From Adineta vaga (taxonomy: Eukaryota > Animalia > Rotifera): DNA of 64,000 nucleotides. The position numbers and the translations under genes were made by a program. The notes under the pieces were generated by a model, which saw nothing but the letters and a program-made list of their open reading frames with translations, ran no database searches and was not told the origin of the DNA. Location: contig CP075492.1 of NCBI GenBank assembly GCA_021613535.1, positions 10,974,001-11,038,000 of the forward strand, written 5' to 3'. Shown one piece after another: positions 57,001 through 64,000 of this stretch; position 1 is the stretch's first letter; each line of letters begins with the position of its first letter.

Positions 57001-60000
57001 TTTCGAAAGGAATATATAATAATTTATATACGTATTATCATATAAAATAATCTTATTCGTAGATTGACTCGTACTATGTCGAAAGACATAACATCTGGAC
57101 AATCTTTCTTTTCCTTTTCGGAGAGATTTATCAAGATACGTACATGATATAATAGTATAGAGTTTAATTTCGTTGAATTAATAGAGATTACATGGTTTTT
57201 TTATAAGAAAGAATGAGATCGAAACTCCATGCAAGCACATGTGTTGAATTACCAATCTTGTTTTGTATGCATCTACTTTTTGATGTAGAAGAAAAGAAAA
57301 GCAAAAAAAGAAGAAATGAATAGTAATGGCGAGAGGGAGAGAGAGAGAGAAAAATCAGCATACACTTTCTTTTTTCAGTCTTAATCATACATTCCTTTCT
57401 CCCTGATAACCTTTTAAAGAGCACTAATGGTACAAAATTTCTTCTCAACTTTCGATGTCAATTTATTGAAATAGACTTTAATTAATTTATCATATATTTA
57501 TAGAATACTGTGATGAAATTTTGAATATAAAACTACTCTTAATTTTACCTTTGGTTTCTACGACGTGAGAATATGTAACAATGGCAATTATTCGTCAAAC
57601 ATTTACATTCATTTTCTTCCAAATGTCGAGCTTATTATACGGAATAAATAGCTCGCTTTTTTTTATCTCATAGAAAAAGAATAGTTTGTAAGTTGATGAA
57701 AGATCATAATATAACGTTATATATATACATTCAGTTATCAGTACGAAGGCATGTGCCTTAACATCTGTCATCATCTTTATCAATTTAGCGAATAATATCA
57801 AATCAAATATCATTAGTTCAAAAGTTCTTTTTTTTATTGATCATCATACTTATGTACATTATGAAGAAAACAAAAAGAACTATACAATAGCAACGGTATC
57901 CGATCGGCGATGTATTCGATGTCGTCTTTGTCGTTCACTCATCGATTCTTGTTTCGATATTTCATTATCATTGGAAACACTTGTTGCTTGTTGTAGTTTT
58001 TTTGTTCGTTTTTCATTCATCATTGGCATTTGTTCATGTTCAATTTCCGATGACGTTTTATTTCGATCTCGACTTGATCGAAACATTGCTTGAAAATGCT
58101 GAAAAGCTGTTCGACGGGATAAATATAGTCGTCGTTGTGTAGTATCAATCGTTTGACGGCGACGAAGTTTAGTTGGATGAGTTAGTATAGGAGTTGTTGG
58201 ACAAAATACTTCAGATAAATCACCTTCATCATTCGATTCAGTATCATTAACATCAGGCTACCGAAGAAAAAGAAAGTATCATCGATTTTTTCTTCTTTTT
58301 CTAACGATATTAAAAAGTGTAATACATGCAGCAAATTTTCTAAATATTATGTGTTAATAATAGTTTAGTTTCATTAGACTTACAGTCTATTTGTGTACTA
58401 TGAATTCATACGTATACATTCACTCTATAATAGATATTCTTTTTTGTTCATAAGAAATCAATAGAAGAATATCGATCTATCTTCTCACTATACAATGTTC
58501 TGGTTTATTACAAAATCAACATGTCTTGTCAGAATGTATGATCATAAAGATATTCTAATAAAATGAACCATTTGTATCAGTGCAAAAGACAAGAATAGAA
58601 CGATTGACAGACGTCTATGTCATATGATGGAAATGTTAGATTATACTTACGAGGCTAACAGTATCAGCGGGTGCTGATAATTCATCAAGTCCAGATGCGA
58701 TTGTTGGTGAATTCATATGTTTACTATTTCGTTGCTGTTGTGTAGTTGAAGTCGCTTCCATTGAATTTTGTCGTTCACCTTTCGTACCCCAACGAAATCT
58801 ATTGACATTTTTAAAGATATTTCTTGATCGTTTTGGTAAACTTCCATTTGGTGTTCTTCCTGAATTTGTACTGATATTATTCATGATTATATTTGATATG
58901 AATTTGGTATTATTATTTCGTCCAAGACTTTCTTTACTTTGCATTTGATCAAGACTATTTAATCGACGTGATATTGGTCGACTTTTATTCGTATCACTTG
59001 ATGTTCGTGGTAATCGTCGTTTTGCTTTCAAAATAATATTTTTTCGTAAATTAATGCATCGAATATATTCTTCACCAGTTGTGTGAAGTATAGGTATACT
59101 ACCTATGGATGCAAAATTTGTATTTGCATCTCCATAACAAGCTAATTGTGCTAGATCTGTTTGTTCATTCGAATTATTTTGTTGTTGTAAAACAGGATCA
59201 ATAATAACATGAATAATTTCTCTCCAAGCAATATGTGGTTGCCAATCTGGATTTGTTGAATTTTGATAAGTTTTATACATTGTAGTTTTCATATTCGTCA
59301 TTAATTGATCGAAAACAACAGCAAGATTTCGAACGACACAATAAGTTAATATATTATGTCGAATATCACTCGGTTTTGTTCGACAAGAATCATAATAAAT
59401 CAAAGCATGATTTTTAATTAAAAAATCTAATTCAATTTTTGCATTTCGACGTACACAACAAGCAAATGCATGAACAAATATTCGTTGTATTGCTGCCGAA
59501 TTTTCTTCGATAAATGGATCACCATCCAATTGATAATAATGATTTAATATTGTACATAAAGTTAAGAAAGTGGTACAATTATTTTTTATTTGTAAAACAC
59601 CGTCTAAAACATAAAATGAAATCGAATCGAATTTTTCTCTTCTTTTCTTTTTAACTTACCAAAACAATGTTCCAAATGTTTTCTTGCTACTGTACCCCAA
59701 CAATTCAAATGTCGACGTTTAAAAAATGAGTCAAAGATGGTTTCCATCATGACAGTTGAATCAGTCATACATGATATATAAAATGGTGTTTGATAAACAT
59801 TTACTAATGCATCAGCAAATGGATCACCAAATGATTCGAAAAAATAATAATCAACTTGCATGTATAAAGATTGACCTGTATCGGAACTAAGACGATATTT
59901 CATAATAACTTCCCATGTTAGATCACTACGTTTACGAGATGAAAGTACTTCACCATCTGGATAGAGTATTGTTGGTCGACAGCCAAGAGCACTTTCTAAT

Positions 60001-61920
60001 TCGGAAAAATGTTCTTCGATATTTTCACGTAATAGATGAAAATCCCATCGTGGATATTGAAGAAAAATATCACGTAGAACAAGAACAGTTAGAAAACAAC
60101 GAACACTAATTGGTGCTTCTGTTGTATGGCCATCATCTGAACCACCTGATTCATCGTTTTTCGATGTATTTAATGTTGCTGATGAACCTGAGAAGGCACC
60201 CGTTAATGGTTTAACATCTTGATTAACAATAAAGCCATCAAATTGATAGAAAAGAAATGTGGATGGTCCTTCTGTTTCTGTATCACGATAGATTGATACA
60301 TGTTGAAATGATGCATAATCTTTTCGATGCATATAATTCAAAACATGATTGAGAATACATTCATGATTTAAACCATCATATTCTACAAGATGTGAATCAA
60401 GTAAAATTTTAACAATTTCTTCATAATCATTTCTTTCGCCACATGTAGCTAAACATGCAAGAATTAATGGTGAAGGTATGAGCATTTGTTTTGTATCGTA
60501 CATATGTAAAAGTTTATCAATAAATTCATCACGTTGAATTAATGGTAATGAACTTAATTCGAGTTCATCAGCATCTGGAATGTCATTATCATTTGTAGTA
60601 GTTATGTTATTACTATTCGTATTAAGATTATTCATTCCCAATGACGGTTGATCTTGTATATCAAGATTGGATCGAGATTTTGCTCGAATAAAATGTTCTT
60701 CAGATTGATTTGAATGCGCTTGAGATGGTCGTCGTTCTCTTGTTCGATGTGTATCACGTTCTACACCACATGTTTTTAGAATATATTCATTTGGATTCAT
60801 AGAAAATTGTTGTTGTTTAAAATTTGGTATTACTAATGACATTGTATCAAAATGAATTGATGATGCTGGTGAAGTTAATACATCACATATTGTTTGAACA
60901 ATATCTTTATCTCCAACGTAAGATGCATAATGTAATGGTAACCATCCACGTTCAGTTGTTAAGTTCATTGAAATATCTAACCAATTGATCTTTTCACCAA
61001 ATATAGTTTTAATTAAATCAATTTTGCGATGTGCAATACAAAAATGTATTAAATCATTAAATCGATTTTGAAATAATGTAGTTATAGCCATTTGAAATAG
61101 ACTATAGAGTTTAGGATTTTCATTTACAATTGGTTTATCTAATTGTTCCATATATAAATATGTATGTAAAGGTGTATAGAAATTAAATAGACCATGTACT
61201 GGTGAATGAAGATAATGTTCTTCTAAATGAACACCTTCTTCAATCATAATTGATACGGATGAATTTGTATCAATTAGATATTCAAGTGCAGTTAAAATAT
61301 GTTGTCGAGAATATTCTGTATCAATCGTTACATGTCGTGATGTTAAAAGTTTCTTTTTTATTCGATAATACCAACGCCATAAGGGATAGCGATCACGTGG
61401 ATAATTATGTGAATCATATAATAGAAGAAGAAGAAAATGAAGATTATTGAAATTTTCTGGTTTTCGTATCACACCAGTTTGTAATTCTTGTAGAAGATCA
61501 ATTAAAAATCCATATTCAAGTTCGTCATATGGTAGTTCTTGATTACCAATACTTGTCATTGGCATTGCGACACGATCTAAATAAGATAGAATGAAGATGA
61601 AAGAAAACAGATTCGATCAAATTTTTTTGTGAAAAGAAAAATGACAAGATACATAAGATATTATACAGACATTCTTGATTGATTGATATAAGAATCGATC
61701 AATATAAATTTTTGACCTCTAACGAAAAAATCGGTACCTATAACGTCTTTTTTTCTTCTTCAGTATTATTGATTAACTGTTAATGAATCGAAGTGTTGAG
61801 AATACGATGAATGATATTGAAGAAAATTTAGAGATCAATATGAATGAAAGACTTACTTGGTGTTAAATAATCTTTAGTTAGATCTTCTGCAGATACATGC
61901 AGCCGTACGTTAGTGGTCAT
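54024..61920 (-). CDS. TRPA-like ankyrin-repeat cation channel, about 9 exons, about 2000 aa
   Basis: Ankyrin motifs (GQTLLHLAAKLGH, GWLPLHYAS); 6-TM region with KELFQ...YF, pore KTLAMLTGEYDF, S6 IMNIMVGLAVSDV and TRP-like helix; junction phases compatible from ATG 61920 to stop 54024. Confidence 0.82.
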
Positions 61921-62847
61921 TTCTGTATAATACTGTTCTTTTTTGTCGTTCGGAATACTAGTGTAAAATATAAATGATATTGTGCTACTAAATCAATCTT
62001 ATTTTCTTGTTAGACCAACTCTCTTCTCTTTTTTCCTTTCTGTTCTATATTCTTTTTTTCTCTCCGGATGAGAATATTTCTCACTATATAAAGAAACGAC
62101 TGGCGTAAAAAAGCATCTGTTAAGAATTAATATCGAACTTTACTCGAACATGTTGTCTACTTCTTAGTTTACTAACAGACATTTTAATTAAAGAGAAAGA
62201 CAAATGATAATTATATGTACAGATAGAGATATATCTATCTGTTACTATTATGCAGTCAACCGTAGAGAATGTATGAACTATCAAAATACATGTATAGTTT
62301 AATCATCTAGACTCACCCTTGATTTTTCTTGTTTGTCTTCATGATCATATCTATCTTGTCAAGAACATTGATATGATCATATTTTTTTGGATAGATTTAG
62401 TAAAATACAATTGTGCCACGCAAAACATAGTGTCCTCGCCGTACATAACTATATTGACTTTTTTAGTAATTATGACACAAATATGTCAACACAAGTGATA
62501 TGAATAAAGATAATTTAATAACAGTGTATCCCAATTATAGATCACAAGGTTCGTACATCATTATGAAAACAAATTAATCATCGAAAATAGATAGAAAAAA
62601 ACTCGAATAAAATATTCTACTATTTCATATCTTATTGAATATGTAAATCAAAAAAAGTGCTTTTCTCTGACATGAAGTATTCTTATATAGCACTGGAAAA
62701 AAAATTCTATTAAGTATTTCATTCAATTCTATTGCTTTATACAAACACGAAAAAAAGAACAGATCAGACAAATACTGATTATGGAATGTTGTATAACAAA
62801 AAGAAAAAATAAGAAAAATAAGTTAACACATTCTTCATTTATCCATT

Positions 62848-64000
62848 TCAAAGTGCAAATGATGAACAACCATTAACAGCTGCACGTGAACGTGGAACAT
62901 TATTCATTAGAATTGCACCATTAAATGCTACAGTTAAATCTGTTTCATCATCTTCAGGTATCTTATTTGTTAAATGATTATTTGACATATATGTATACAA
63001 TTGTTGAGGTAAAGAATGATACCAAGGATAATCCGTTGTGGATTGATTTTCGTCCGATTTTTGATTATGATTTAAAAGACTTTTTGTACTTGTTAAATCG
63101 TCATAAACAGTTGGAGTAGGAATTGGTCGAGGAGGTGAACGACTGGAAAAATTATTATATAATAGATCACTTAATGCAAGACTATCACGATTTCGTTGAA
63201 TAGTTAATTCTCGATTGATCGGAGTAAGTAATGATGATGCTGTATATAAACTTTGTTTCGATTCTGCAAGGTTTAAATTCGATGATAATGTATTCGTTGA
63301 TTGTAATAATTTTCGTTTTTTCAATTTCATTCGACAACAACAACATGTAATGATAATACAAAATAACATAAGGATAAGAAGAATGAATAAACTTAAAAGA
63401 ATATAGAAGAATAATTGATTTGTTCGTAGAAATGTTTGAATATTTGAAAATACTTTCATTGGATAGAGAAATGATAATGATGATGATGATGATGTTAAAT
63501 TATATTTATAGATTTGACTTGATTCACTCATACCGATATGATTTACAGCAAATATTCGAAGAGAATATTCCATTGAAGTATTACTTAGAAAATGATTTGG
63601 ATTAATATAATAAGAAGATTTGGATGTGCGATCAAGAAATCGCCAATTTTGACCATTATCATTCGATAATTCAATGAGAAAGTATTCCGATTGTATTGAT
63701 GATTTCCATGTAAATTCATTTTGTTTAGTAATAAAAAGATCAAACGGTGGCAAAGGAGCATTTACTTGTGGACCTGTTTGAATGGATTTGAAGATACATG
63801 AACCGCATTGTATAGTACAAGCACATAGAATAAATTCATAGAATTGATAAGGATCTAATTCATCAATATGTAATGAAGTAGTGTTTGGTGATAAAAGTTG
63901 TTTGATAGTTTTCACTCGACTCGAAGAAGTATTTGTAGATGATGAGAATGATAAACGATTATCATAAGTTAAATCGTATGAACGTAGAATACCATTTAAA
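62848..64000 (-). CDS. sdk: Sidekick-like Ig/FN3 adhesion receptor, 3' part (runs off window)
   Basis: FN3 motifs LNGILRSYDLTY, LDPYQFYEF, YSLRIFAVNHIGMSESS; TM; tail FNGAILMNNVPRSRAAVNGCSSFAL recalls Sidekick NGGQIIVNNMARSRAPLPGFSSFV. Confidence 0.75.
   Translation of the reverse strand, partial: LNGILRSYDLTYDNRLSFSSSTNTSSSRVKTIKQLLSPNTTSLHIDELDPYQFYEFILCACTIQCGSCIFKSIQTGPQVNAPLPPFDLFITKQNEFTWKSSIQSEYFLIELSNDNGQNWRFLDRTSKSSYYINPNHFLSNTSMEYSLRIFAVNHIGMSESSQIYKYNLTSSSSSLSFLYPMKVFSNIQTFLRTNQLFFYILLSLFILLILMLFCIIITCCCCRMKLKKRKLLQSTNTLSSNLNLAESKQSLYTASSLLTPINRELTIQRNRDSLALSDLLYNNFSSRSPPRPIPTPTVYDDLTSTKSLLNHNQKSDENQSTTDYPWYHSLPQQLYTYMSNNHLTNKIPEDDETDLTVAFNGAILMNNVPRSRAAVNGCSSFAL

Overview
AT-rich (roughly 30% GC by eye), gene-dense animal genomic DNA with many short (~48-70 nt) GT-AG introns. 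The style, a TGTGGG telomere-like motif and a bacterial-type enzyme gene with an intron suggest a bdelloid rotifer (inference). I rebuilt about 17 spliced genes by hand: a 7-repeat delta-type protocadherin, AP-2, MCTP, XPNPEP3/Icp55 (one frameshift), a cytosolic HSP70 with a phased HSE array, an enoyl-CoA hydratase (HGT candidate), a neuronal calcium sensor, an ankyrin-SOCS box protein, an unknown coiled-coil protein, vezatin, nicalin, a myosuppressin/myomodulin-type GPCR, mitochondrial RBFA, TMEM45, a tandem ZZ-finger protein, a claudin/PMP22-type protein, a ~2000-aa TRPA-like channel, and the 3' end of a Sidekick homolog. Two decayed regions hold pseudogenes that the ORF track misses. At 6.2-9.1 kb there is a CCCH finger + metallophosphoesterase and an unknown family. 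At 24.9-28.5 kb there is an inorganic pyrophosphatase relic, a head-to-head telomere-like hairpin and a direct repeat pair. The most interesting candidate system is a set of operon-like gene pairs (TMEM45->RBFA, HSP70->XPNPEP3). In each, a mitochondrial housekeeping gene begins at a splice-acceptor AG right after the upstream gene's poly(A) signal, which fits SL trans-spliced polycistronic transcription. All homology calls are from motif recognition, not database searches.
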